DNA of 64,000 nt, taken from the NCBI GenBank assembly GCA_965248835.1, contig CBDFLJ010000001.1:864001-928000 (forward strand), given 5' to 3'. This document shows positions 16,979-26,092 of the stretch, one piece after another. Below the pieces are notes generated by a model that saw only the letters and a program-made list of their open reading frames with translations, did not search any database and was not told the origin of the DNA. Within the stretch, counting starts at the first letter, position 1. The number at the start of each line of letters is the position of its first letter. The position numbers and the translations under genes were made by a program. Source of the stretch: Alphaproteobacteria bacterium (GTDB lineage: Bacteria; Pseudomonadota; Alphaproteobacteria; MPNO01).

Positions 16979-17812
16979 ATGACCATCGAGATCGTGCCGC
17001 TGTCGAAGACCATGGGTGCCGAAATTGGCGGCGTGGACCTTTCGCGCCCGCTCGATCCGGCGATCGCCTCGGCCCTGCGCGCGGCCTGGCTCGATCATGT
17101 GCTGCTGGTCTTTCGCGGCCAGGCGCTCGACGATGCAGCGCTCAAGCGCAGCGCGGACTGGTTGGGCGAACCGGCGGAGATCTCCATGCCGGTCGACCGG
17201 CGCGGCGATGACGACGCCTCGATCGCGCTGATCTCCAACATCCGCGACGGGGCCGGTGCGCCGATCGGCGCGCTGGGCGACGGCGACATGTGGTTCCACC
17301 ACGACAACAGCTACACCGAGGCGCCGGACAAGGCGACGTGGCTCTATGCCGTCGAGTTGCCGAGCAGCGGCGGCAACACGTTGTTCGGCAATTGCTACCG
17401 CGCCTACGCGGCGCTGCCCGGACACCTGCGCCGGTCGCTGGCCGGAAGAGAGGTTCTCCAGGTCTACGACTACACGCTCAAGAAGCGACCCGATATCGGG
17501 GACCTCGGCGGAATCCCCCATTTCTGGCAGCCGGCGGTGATCGTCCACCCTCTCACGCGGAAAAAGTCGCTCTATGTCGATCGCCTGATGACGGCGGCGA
17601 TCAGCGGCTATGACCGCGCGGCCAGCGAGGCGCTGATCGAGGAGATCTGCGTTTACACCGAACGGGCCGACTACGAGCATGTCTGGCGGCCGGGCGACTA
17701 CGTGATATGGGACAACCGCTGCTCGGTGCACGCCCGCACCGATTTCCCGGCCCATGAGCGCCGCCTGCTCAAGCGCGGCAAGGTCGCGGGGGAGCCCCTG
17801 ATCGCGGCTTAG
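16979..17812 (+). CDS. TauD/TfdA family Fe(II)/2-oxoglutarate dioxygenase
   Basis: MGAEIGGVDL, HHDNSY (HxD), GGNTLF, HPLT, WRPGDYVIWDNRCSVHAR. Confidence 0.92.
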   Translation: MTIEIVPLSKTMGAEIGGVDLSRPLDPAIASALRAAWLDHVLLVFRGQALDDAALKRSADWLGEPAEISMPVDRRGDDDASIALISNIRDGAGAPIGALGDGDMWFHHDNSYTEAPDKATWLYAVELPSSGGNTLFGNCYRAYAALPGHLRRSLAGREVLQVYDYTLKKRPDIGDLGGIPHFWQPAVIVHPLTRKKSLYVDRLMTAAISGYDRAASEALIEEICVYTERADYEHVWRPGDYVIWDNRCSVHARTDFPAHERRLLKRGKVAGEPLIAA

Positions 17813-17850
17813 CCCGATCTGTTCGTCCTATCGCTGATTTTCGATGATGC

Positions 17851-17925
17851 GGGCGAGCGGCGTGCGGCAGAACTCGTATTCCGCCTTGGTGTGGTGGCCG
17901 CCGGTGTCGATTGCGACGGCGCGGA
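17851..17925 (-). pseudogene. phage terminase large subunit (GpA-like) micro-remnant, copy 1
   Basis: Minus strand reads RAVAIDTGGHHTKAEYEFCRTPLAR; similar to 21442-21518. Confidence 0.65.
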
Positions 17926-18211
17926 GCGGCTATGTCGGCCTGCCCGACCACGATCCGAAGGTCGTTGGCGCGATAGACGCCCACCTGATGCTGAGGTGGG
18001 TCCACCGCGTGTTCGCCAATCTCAAACGCTGGGCGCTCGGCACGTTCCACAGCCTGCGCTGCGCGCACCTGCGCCGCTATCTCGACGCGTTCGTGTTCCG
18101 ATGGAACCGCCGCCGTCATACCGCCGCCGCCTTCGACACCCTGCTCGGCTTCGGCGCCCGCCTCGGCCCCGATGATCAATGTCTTGGAGCTCCGGGGCTA
18201 AAGGAATAGCC
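17926..18211 (+). pseudogene. IS1595 family transposase C-terminal remnant with probable right end
   Basis: WVHRVFANLKRWALGTFH..R..HLRRYLD.FVFRWNRR. Confidence 0.82.
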
Positions 18212-18256
18212 TTTTTCCCGATTAGAGCGCGTCGGCGAGATATGCATCAAGGCGCG

Positions 18257-20197
18257 TTATTCGCCGACGGGATTGACCGCGGTGCGGCGGCGAAATGCCA
18301 TCTCGCCGGCAAAGAGCGCGGCGCCGAGACCAACGCCTGCGAGGTTGACGACGACCGCGCCCTCGAAGACTCCCATCGGAATTAGGGCGCACAGGCCGGC
18401 GACGAGGAAACCGAGCCGAGGGAGCCCGCCCAGCGGGCGGACGAAATACCCGATCAAGCCGACCGAGAACATCCAGACACCGACCATGGCGATGCCGGTC
18501 ACCAGCAAAATATCCTCGACCGCTCCCTGTAGGATGAGGCCGGGAGAAAGCACGAATAGAAACGGAATGACATAGGCGAGCCAGCCAAATTTGACCGCGG
18601 CGAAACCGGTCTTCATCGTGTCCGCGCCGGTCAGGCTGGCCGCGGCAAAGGCGGCAATCGCCACCGGGGGGGTGATCATCGACATCATCCCGAAATAGAG
18701 CACGAAAAGATGCGCGGCCATTTTGTCGACGCCAAGCTCGACCAATGACGGCGCCACCAGCGCGGCAACCAGGACGTAAACCGCCAGCGTCGGCATGCCC
18801 ATCCCCAGAACGATGCAGATCAGCGCCGCCAGGAGAAGCAAAACAAAGAGATTGCCGCCGGCAATGCTGCTCAGCGTGTGGGTCAGTGCGAAGGCGAGGC
18901 CGGAGATGTTGAGCAAACCGATCATGAGACCGGCCGCCGCAACCAGCAGCAACAATTCGATACAGGATAGGCCGGTATCGCGCAGCGATTTCAGGACCAA
19001 GGAGAGCCCCGCCCGCGTGCCGTCATAGCCGAAGACGAACCCGCAGATCAGCAAGACGACGACCCCGTAGAGAGCGGCCTCCTCGGGACGCAGGTTCGCG
19101 CCGAACAACCCGTAGATCAGAACGCCGAACGGCAGAGGAAAGAACCATCCCGCTCGAAGCACCGGCCCCGCCTTGGGCAACTTGTCGGGCGCGATCTTGG
19201 CGATACCGGTCTTGGCGGCCTCGAGATCGACCAGCGCGAACAGCGCAAGGTAGTAAAAGATAGCGGGGATCAGCGCCGCCAGCACGACCTCGGCGTAGGC
19301 TACTTCGAGCACCTCGGCCATGACAAAAGCGGCGGCTCCCATGAGCGGAGGCATGAGCTGCCCGCCCGTCGATGAGACGGCTTCGATAGCTCCGGCGGAC
19401 TCAGCGCTGTAGCCCGAGTCACGCATCAGCGGAATAGTAATGACGCCGGTCGAAACGACGTTCGACACCGCGCTGCCGGAAATCGAGCCGAACAGGCTGG
19501 AGGCGGCAACGGCGATCTTGGCCGAGCCGCCGCGGTACCGGCCCATCCCGGCCATTGCGATCCCGGTGAAGAACTTCGATCCCCCGGTTTGAAACAACAC
19601 CTGGCCGAGAAACAGAAACGCAATGACCACGGTGGTGCCGATTTTCATCGGCGTGCCGAGCAGCGCCTGCGGGTCGAGCGACAGCCCGATCAACAGGTCC
19701 ATCGTGTCGATAGATCGCGCCTGGAGTTTTCCCGGCAGATGATGACCCCACATGGCGTAGGCCACGAACACGAGCAGCACCAGCACCAGCACGGGCCCGG
19801 CGGACCTTCTGACGCCTTCGATGATGAGCAGGAGCAACAACCCACTGACGATTAACGCGTGGATCGGCCGGAAGGCGATTTCATTGGCCAGCTGCGGATA
19901 GTCGACCGAGACATAGGCCGCTGTGAAAAAGCCGGCGGCCGCCGCCAGCACGTCATACCACGGCACTGGTCCAGCCGCGCCCTTGCGCGCCGGGACCGTC
20001 AGAAAGGCCAACGCCAGCACCAGCGCCAGCATGCCTGCCAGGAACTGCTCGTTGTAGAGGACGAGCCCAGCCTTGGTGTAGAGATCGGCGGCCCAGCCGA
20101 TCGCGCCCAGCGTCAGCAGAACGGCAAGAACGGAGACCACGCCGCGGGAGAACGGGTTGAGCCGCTCCGCGGCGGGGTCTTTCGCCGTGTCCGCCAA
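18257..20197 (-). CDS. TRAP transporter fused 4TM/12TM permease
   Basis: GRYRGGSAKIAV, GSISGSAVSNV, EAVSSTGGQLMPP, LGMGMPT, HLFVLYFG..S.ITPPVA. Confidence 0.94.
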   Translation of the reverse strand: MADTAKDPAAERLNPFSRGVVSVLAVLLTLGAIGWAADLYTKAGLVLYNEQFLAGMLALVLALAFLTVPARKGAAGPVPWYDVLAAAAGFFTAAYVSVDYPQLANEIAFRPIHALIVSGLLLLLIIEGVRRSAGPVLVLVLLVFVAYAMWGHHLPGKLQARSIDTMDLLIGLSLDPQALLGTPMKIGTTVVIAFLFLGQVLFQTGGSKFFTGIAMAGMGRYRGGSAKIAVAASSLFGSISGSAVSNVVSTGVITIPLMRDSGYSAESAGAIEAVSSTGGQLMPPLMGAAAFVMAEVLEVAYAEVVLAALIPAIFYYLALFALVDLEAAKTGIAKIAPDKLPKAGPVLRAGWFFPLPFGVLIYGLFGANLRPEEAALYGVVVLLICGFVFGYDGTRAGLSLVLKSLRDTGLSCIELLLLVAAAGLMIGLLNISGLAFALTHTLSSIAGGNLFVLLLLAALICIVLGMGMPTLAVYVLVAALVAPSLVELGVDKMAAHLFVLYFGMMSMITPPVAIAAFAAASLTGADTMKTGFAAVKFGWLAYVIPFLFVLSPGLILQGAVEDILLVTGIAMVGVWMFSVGLIGYFVRPLGGLPRLGFLVAGLCALIPMGVFEGAVVVNLAGVGLGAALFAGEMAFRRRTAVNPVGE

Positions 20198-20209
20198 GGT
20201 CCGAAAGTC

Positions 20210-21172
20210 TTAGAGAAGCCCCGCTTCCTTGTAGTACTTGGCGGCACCCGGATGGAACGCGACACCAAGGCCCTTCTTGGCGATCAGATCGGGTTTGAAA
20301 CCGCGGAAGACACCATGGCCCGAAATCAGCGCCTTTTTGTTCTGGTGCAGCGCCTTGGCGGATTTATAGGCGATCTCGTTCGCGACCTTGGCACCGGCGA
20401 TGATCAGGTAGTCGAACCCGATCATTTTGGTGGGCGCGGTGATATAGGGCATCCGCTTCGACGGCTTGACCGTTACGTAGTACGACCCCGGTGCGATGCT
20501 GCGCAGTTTTTTCAAGCTGTCGGGCGTCTCATTCAGCGGGATGAACCGGATCCCGATGGAAGCGTGCGCCTTTCGCACTATCCCTGACCCGGGCGCGAGA
20601 TACGACGCGACGACCCGTCCGGCCACGAGTTCGTCCGTGCCGCGCACGAAGTTCGGCACTGGCACGCCCTTCACGTCGGCATAGGACATGCCCTCGGCGG
20701 CGAGGACAGCGCGCACGAGGACCCCGACCAGCTTCTGGCTGGTGAACCCGGACGGCATTCTCTGGCCTCTGAAATCCGCGACCCGCTGGATCTTCGAATC
20801 CTTGCGCACCATGAACCCGGTTTGAAACTCGACCAACCGCGCAAGCACGCGCAGGTTGCTGTTCTTGCGGCCCTCATAGGGTCCTTCGCCGTTGAACGCG
20901 AAAATCGCCTCGGGGCCGGCGGCGGTCGACATGTCCAGCCGGCCCTGGTTGACCTGCGGGAAATAAATGTTGCCGCCACCGATGCCGATTGCCCGCGTAT
21001 TGAGGTCGGTCTTGTCACCGATCACCTTGGCCACGGCCGCGGCGATCGAATAAGAGAGCGAACCCTGCGGCAGTGCGCCAATGCTCACGGTTTGTGCGTT
21101 GGCGGTCTGACCGAGCAGACCGGCGGTCAGGACCAATGCCAAAGCGCCCGCCATCTTACCCGATTTCGTCAT
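20210..21172 (-). CDS. TAXI family TRAP solute-binding protein
   Basis: Signal peptide (..ANA/Q), GSLSYS, VRKDSKI...ADFRG.R, FHPGAAKYYKE. Confidence 0.92.
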   Translation of the reverse strand: MTKSGKMAGALALVLTAGLLGQTANAQTVSIGALPQGSLSYSIAAAVAKVIGDKTDLNTRAIGIGGGNIYFPQVNQGRLDMSTAAGPEAIFAFNGEGPYEGRKNSNLRVLARLVEFQTGFMVRKDSKIQRVADFRGQRMPSGFTSQKLVGVLVRAVLAAEGMSYADVKGVPVPNFVRGTDELVAGRVVASYLAPGSGIVRKAHASIGIRFIPLNETPDSLKKLRSIAPGSYYVTVKPSKRMPYITAPTKMIGFDYLIIAGAKVANEIAYKSAKALHQNKKALISGHGVFRGFKPDLIAKKGLGVAFHPGAAKYYKEAGLL

Positions 21173-21260
21173 CCGTCGACCTCCCTAAATGACTGTTCCA
21201 CCCGGCAAAGCGCGCCGATAACGCTCAACGCTAACGCATATTGGATCGCAGTGGAAACGC

Positions 21261-21388
21261 TGAGCTTGCCCCGGCTTGGTGGACGCCTGATCATTTGAGA
21301 TGGAAGAGGCCACGATGTCCCGGAAACGACCACCGTATCCGCCTGCGTTCCGCGTTTAGCTTGTCGAACTGGTCCGCGCGGGCCGGCG
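21261..21388 (+). pseudogene. IS3 family left end and OrfA N-terminal remnant
   Basis: TGAGCTTGCCCCGGCTTGGTGGAC IRL-like end, then MSRKRPPYPPAFRV*LVELVRAGR. Confidence 0.7.
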
Positions 21389-21640
21389 CGGCCAGACGGG
21401 CACGCCGGTGCCGCCGCGCCCCTTGATCGCCCGGACGCGGTGGGCGAGCCGGGTGCGGCAGAACGCGTGTTCCGCCTTGGTGTGGCGGCCGCCGGCGTCG
21501 AAAGCGTGACGGCGCGGATCGGCAGGTCGGGCATGACCTTGGCGTCGGCGCAGGTTGCTTGCGGGGCGGTATCCGGATCGGCCCAGACGCGGGAGCCGGA
21601 GGGATCGCCCCAGATCACCCGGTCGTCGACCATCCGCCCG
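21375..21640 (-). pseudogene. phage terminase large subunit (GpA-like) remnant, copy 2
   Basis: VDDRVIWGDPSGSRVWAD...PDLPIRAV / DAGGRHTKAEHAFCRTRLAHRVRAIKGRGGTGVPVWP with a frameshift. Confidence 0.72.
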
Positions 21641-21967
21641 TCGCCACAGGCGCAACAACCGGGCGGAAGCGGCCAATTGATATGCTATTAAGACCGGACG
21701 GATCGGCTGTCGCGGCACGGCGTCGATCAAGGGTGCAGACCGAGCAGGCTCGGGGACGATGACCGACGCGCCGCGTGCTTGCCGATATTGTGCTTCGGAG
21801 ATCGTGGGGATCGACATCTGCACCCTCGGCGAGTTCACTACGGCAAAGAGGCCGGCGGCCAGGGCGCGGCCCTGCCCTCCAAGAGCGCTATTGGTTGCCG
21901 GCTGCCGGGTAGCCGTGTCCTTGAACGCCGGCATGGTCCGGCACCACGAAGGGAGGCCTGATCCACC

Positions 21968-23212
21968 ATGACCAGATCGAAACCCCCGTTCCGCGCCGAT
22001 CATGTCGGCAGCCTGCTGCGCCCGCCGGCGATCAAGGACGCGCGTGCCGGCTACGAGCGCGGCGACATCGACGCCGGCCGGTTGCGCGCAGTCGAGGACC
22101 GTGAGATCGCGGGGATCATCGGGAAACAGCAAGAAGTCGGGCTGAAGGTTGTGACAGACGGCGAGTACCGCCGGTCCTGGTGGCATTTCGATTTCCTCGG
22201 CGGCCTCGACGGCGTCGACATCGTCCAGGCCGAGCAGGGGATCCAGTTCCAGGGGCGCGAGACCAAGGCCCAGGGGATCGAGGTGACCGGCAAGATCGGG
22301 TTCTCGGACCATCCGATGCTGGATCATTTTCGCTTTCTCAAGGACCACGCCTCGGTGATGCCGAAAATGACGATCCCGAGCCCGAGCGTCCTTCATTTCC
22401 GCCAGGACGACAGCGCGCGGCGTGCGCTCTACCCGGACATCGACGAATTCTTCGACGACCTTGCCGCCGCCTATGCCAAGGCGATCAAGGCTTTCTACGA
22501 CGCCGGCTGCCGGTACCTGCAGCTCGACGACACGGTCTGGGCCTATCTGTGCTCCGATGTCGAGCTGGACAAGGCCCGCGAACGCGGCCACGACACCGAC
22601 GGGCTCGACGACAGATACGCGCGCGCCATCAACGGTGCGATTGCCGGCCGGCCGGACGACATGACCGTCACCATGCATGTCTGCCGGGGCAATTTCCGAT
22701 CCACCTGGATCTCCGAGGGCGGCTACGAGCCGGTCGCGGAGAAGGTGCTCGCGGGGCTCGACCTCGACGGCTACTTCCTCGAATACGACACCGAGCGCGC
22801 CGGCGGCTTCGAGCCCCTCCGTTTCCTGCCCAAGGGCGAAAAGATCGTCGTCCTCGGCCTCATCACGTCCAAGTCGGGCGCGCTCGAGGACAGGGACGCG
22901 GTCAAGCGCCGGATCGAGGAAGCCGCGAAATTCGCCGACCTCGACCAGCTCTGCCTGAGCCCCCAATGCGGCTTCGCCTCGACCGAGGAAGGCAACGTGC
23001 TGTCCGAGGACGAGCAGTGGGCCAAGCTGCGCGAGATCATCGAGATTTCGGACGTCTGGGGTTGCCCAAAACGTCGGTCGACGCCGCACGGGGCGGTGTC
23101 GGCGCACGGTGGCGGGCGGGCCGGATGGCGGGCGGCGGGCCTGACCGCGCGCAGCTTCCTGCGGCCCGGCTCGGCCGGCCCAACCTCACCGTGGGTCAGG
23201 CCAGCCGGGTGA
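21968..23212 (+). CDS. single-domain cobalamin-independent methionine synthase-like protein (YxjG/YxjH-like); natural end near 23063, stop apparently lost
   Basis: PPFRADHVGSLLRP, TDGEYRRSWWH.DF, YLQLDD, HVCRGN, LEYD, SPQCGFAS, QWAKL; after ..DVWG the frame runs into unrelated sequence. Confidence 0.85.
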   Translation: MTRSKPPFRADHVGSLLRPPAIKDARAGYERGDIDAGRLRAVEDREIAGIIGKQQEVGLKVVTDGEYRRSWWHFDFLGGLDGVDIVQAEQGIQFQGRETKAQGIEVTGKIGFSDHPMLDHFRFLKDHASVMPKMTIPSPSVLHFRQDDSARRALYPDIDEFFDDLAAAYAKAIKAFYDAGCRYLQLDDTVWAYLCSDVELDKARERGHDTDGLDDRYARAINGAIAGRPDDMTVTMHVCRGNFRSTWISEGGYEPVAEKVLAGLDLDGYFLEYDTERAGGFEPLRFLPKGEKIVVLGLITSKSGALEDRDAVKRRIEEAAKFADLDQLCLSPQCGFASTEEGNVLSEDEQWAKLREIIEISDVWGCPKRRSTPHGAVSAHGGGRAGWRAAGLTARSFLRPGSAGPTSPWVRPAG

Positions 23213-24154
23213 TCATCGAACAGGGCCGGGCCACCGGAGTCGCGTTTCGTCAGAACGGCGGGGTGCGTACCGCGCACACGCGAGGTGATTCTTTCGGGCG
23301 GCACCTACAACTCGCCGCAGCTCCTCATGCTGTCGGGCATTGGCCCGGCCGCCCTACTGGCGGAGCACGGCATCACGACCGTCATCGACCGGCCCGCAGT
23401 GGGCGAGAACCTGCAGGAGCACGTCAACACCTTCGTGACCTTCAACTGCGCCAAGCCGGTTTCGTTCGACCCCTACATGCGTTTCGACCGCATCACCGGC
23501 TCGGTGCTGCGCTGGCTCGCCACCAAGACCGGGCGCGCGGCGAGCCTGCCGCTGCAATGCGCGTGCTTCATCCGCACCCAGCCGGAAAGCGAGAGACCGG
23601 ACATCGAGCTCCTGGTGAGCCCAGTGGCACCCGAAGCCCATATCTGGTTTCCGGGCATCCGCGAGCCGCTCGGCCATCGGTTCTCCAGCCGCATCGCGGT
23701 GCTTCAGCCCAGGAGCCGGGGGCGCGTGTGGCTGCGCTCGGCCGATCCATCGGACCCGCCGCGCGTGTTGTGGAACCTGTTCGACGATCCCGCCGACCTG
23801 CGGACGCTGCGAGACGGCGTCAAGACGGTGCGGCGGATCTTCGCGACCGAGCCGATGGCGGGCGTGATCGCCGACGAGGTCAGGCCGGGCCCCGATGCCA
23901 GGACCGATTCCGATATCGAGGCGTTCCTGCGGCATAACTGCGAGACCGCCCATCACCCTGCCGGCACTTGCCGGATGGGCGTCGACGACAGCGCCGTCGT
24001 CGACGCAGAGCTTCGCGTCAGGGGCATCGAGGGGCTTCGCGTCGCCGACTGTTCGATCATGCCCGACGTGGTCGGCGCCAACACCAACGCGCCGACCATC
24101 ATGATCGCGGAGCAGGCGTCCGAGATGATCAGGGCCGCCGCGGGGGGCGAATAG
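23125..24154 (+). pseudogene. GMC oxidoreductase (choline dehydrogenase-like), 5'-truncated and frameshifted
   Basis: TARSFLRP / RPNLTV..ASRVIIEQGRATGV / [49 protein letters not shown]; the FAD-binding N-terminus is missing. Confidence 0.85.
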
Positions 24155-24280
24155 CAACGCCCCTCGGCGCGCCGCTGCGGCGGACCGCCCGGCGCACGGC
24201 CTTGGCTTTGCGGCTGGAGGGATCGGCGATCGCTGCGATAGCGCCGGGATGGATGTCCCGGCCCGCGGGTGACGCCGCGC

Positions 24281-25918
24281 TCACCGCCCGATCGGCGGGT
24301 GGGTGAACGGCCAGGGCGACACCTCGCTTCCGGTCTCGATCGGAACCTCGATCAGGACCGGACCGTCCTCCTTGAAACCCTCCTCGAGGGCGGTCTGCAA
24401 CGCCGCCGGCGTCGATGCGCGCACCCCCTTGGCGCCGAAGCTCTCGGCCAGGGCGACGAAATCCGGGTTGCGGAGCTCGGCGCCGAGCAGACGACCCTCG
24501 AAGTTGGTCATCTGGTCGCGGCGCACGTTGCCGAAGCCGCTGTTGTTGAAGACGACGGTCACCAGGTTGATGCCGTACTGGACGGCCGTCGCCAGCTCCT
24601 GGACGCCGAACATGAAGCCGCCGTCGCCGGTGATCGAGACCACGCATTTGTCGGGGTTGGCGATCTTGACGCCGACCGCCGTCTGGAAGCCGTAGCCCAG
24701 GCTGTCCTGGTAGCCGCAGGTCACATATTGCCGCGGGCGGTAAACCGGGAAGCCGTAGCGCGCGGCAAACCCGGTCTGGGTGATCTCCTCGACGAAGAAC
24801 CCGTCGGGCGGCAGGGCGGTCCGGATCGCCTTGAGGAAACCGATCTGCGGCTGCACCACCGCGATCTTGTCCTGTGCCGTCGCCTTGTAGCCGAGAAACA
24901 CCTCAGCGCGGGACTCGCGCTTGTCGATGGTAGTCTCCAAAGCATCGATAAGGGCGGCGGTTCCGAGCTTGGCATCGGCGAGCACCCCGACATCGGGCGC
25001 GAGGCGGACGAACTCGGTGGGATCGATATCGATCCGGACGGTCTTCAAGCCCTCCGGCGACCAGCGCCAGCGGAAATGGATGAGCTCGAGCCGGCTGCCG
25101 ATGCCGATCACCAGGTCGCATTGGGGCCAGTACTCGTAGGCCGCCACGGAGAGCAGCCCATAAGGGCTGTCATTGCCGACCACGCCCTTGCCGCTGCGGA
25201 AGCTGGTCACCGGCGCCTGGATGAGCTGGGCGAGCGCGGCGACCTCGTCGGGCGCATGCTGGGCGCCGGCACCGACCACGATCATCGGGTTCCTGGCCTC
25301 CCGGATCAGCTTCGCAGCGTCGGTGATCCGGTCGGTGTCCGGCGCAGGCGGCGCGGGGATTGTCCGGTCGACCGCGAGATCGACCTGGGCGGCCTGGCCG
25401 AACACGTCCCAGGGCGCCTCGATGGCCGCCGGCCGGATCCGGCCGGTATGCATGCTGCGGAACGCTTCGGCGACCAGGCGGGGCGCTTCGGTGGCATGAT
25501 TGATGCGCTCGGCCCAGCCGGTGAAACCGCGCAGCGTTGCCAACTGATCGGGCAGTTCGTGCAACTGTCCCCGCCCGCGCCCGATCAGGTCCGCCATGAT
25601 GTTGCCGGTCACGCACAGGACCGGTGCATTGGCGCCATAAGCAACGCTGAGCGCAGACGAAGAGTTCAGCACGCCGGGTCCGGGCACCACCGTGTAGACA
25701 CCAGTCCGGCCGGTCGACTTGGCGTAACCGAACGCCATGTGCGCCGCGCCCTGCTCGTGGCGCGTGGTGATGAAGTCGATGTGATCGCTTTCGCGGGCCA
25801 GCGCATCGTTGAAGTGGTACATGTGCGCGCCGGGGATTCCGAACACCGTGTCGACGCCGTGCAGGACGAGGGATTTGGCGATCGCCTCGCCGGTGGTCAG
25901 TCTGGCAAGGGTGTTCAC
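24281..25918 (-). CDS. thiamine-pyrophosphate-dependent enzyme (acetolactate synthase-like)
   Basis: VFGIPG, RHEQGAAHMAFGYA, GDGGFMF..QEL...NN TPP motif; GTG start after a GAGGGGG RBS. Confidence 0.92.
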   Translation of the reverse strand: MNTLARLTTGEAIAKSLVLHGVDTVFGIPGAHMYHFNDALARESDHIDFITTRHEQGAAHMAFGYAKSTGRTGVYTVVPGPGVLNSSSALSVAYGANAPVLCVTGNIMADLIGRGRGQLHELPDQLATLRGFTGWAERINHATEAPRLVAEAFRSMHTGRIRPAAIEAPWDVFGQAAQVDLAVDRTIPAPPAPDTDRITDAAKLIREARNPMIVVGAGAQHAPDEVAALAQLIQAPVTSFRSGKGVVGNDSPYGLLSVAAYEYWPQCDLVIGIGSRLELIHFRWRWSPEGLKTVRIDIDPTEFVRLAPDVGVLADAKLGTAALIDALETTIDKRESRAEVFLGYKATAQDKIAVVQPQIGFLKAIRTALPPDGFFVEEITQTGFAARYGFPVYRPRQYVTCGYQDSLGYGFQTAVGVKIANPDKCVVSITGDGGFMFGVQELATAVQYGINLVTVVFNNSGFGNVRRDQMTNFEGRLLGAELRNPDFVALAESFGAKGVRASTPAALQTALEEGFKEDGPVLIEVPIETGSEVSPWPFTHPPIGR

Positions 25919-26092
25919 GGCTGGCTCCCCCTCATTGCGCATCGGCGACCGCTTCGGACGGTGACGATCCGCTCGACATGAAGACGCCCGCCGCCACGCG
26001 GTGTCATCATATCATCGGACAGACATTTGCCGCTCAGCCGCAGCGTGCGCCGGCGCCGACCGCGCCGCGCCAGGAGGCGCGAGCCGTCCTTT

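Noticed and set aside
17851-21640. Intact prophage or composite transposon
   Set aside because: Only short decayed terminase pieces; the flanking IS remnants belong to different families and are incomplete.
21641-21960. Possible further gene remnant (e.g. the ORF at 21759-21971)
   Set aside because: I could not recognise a family or a consistent reading frame.
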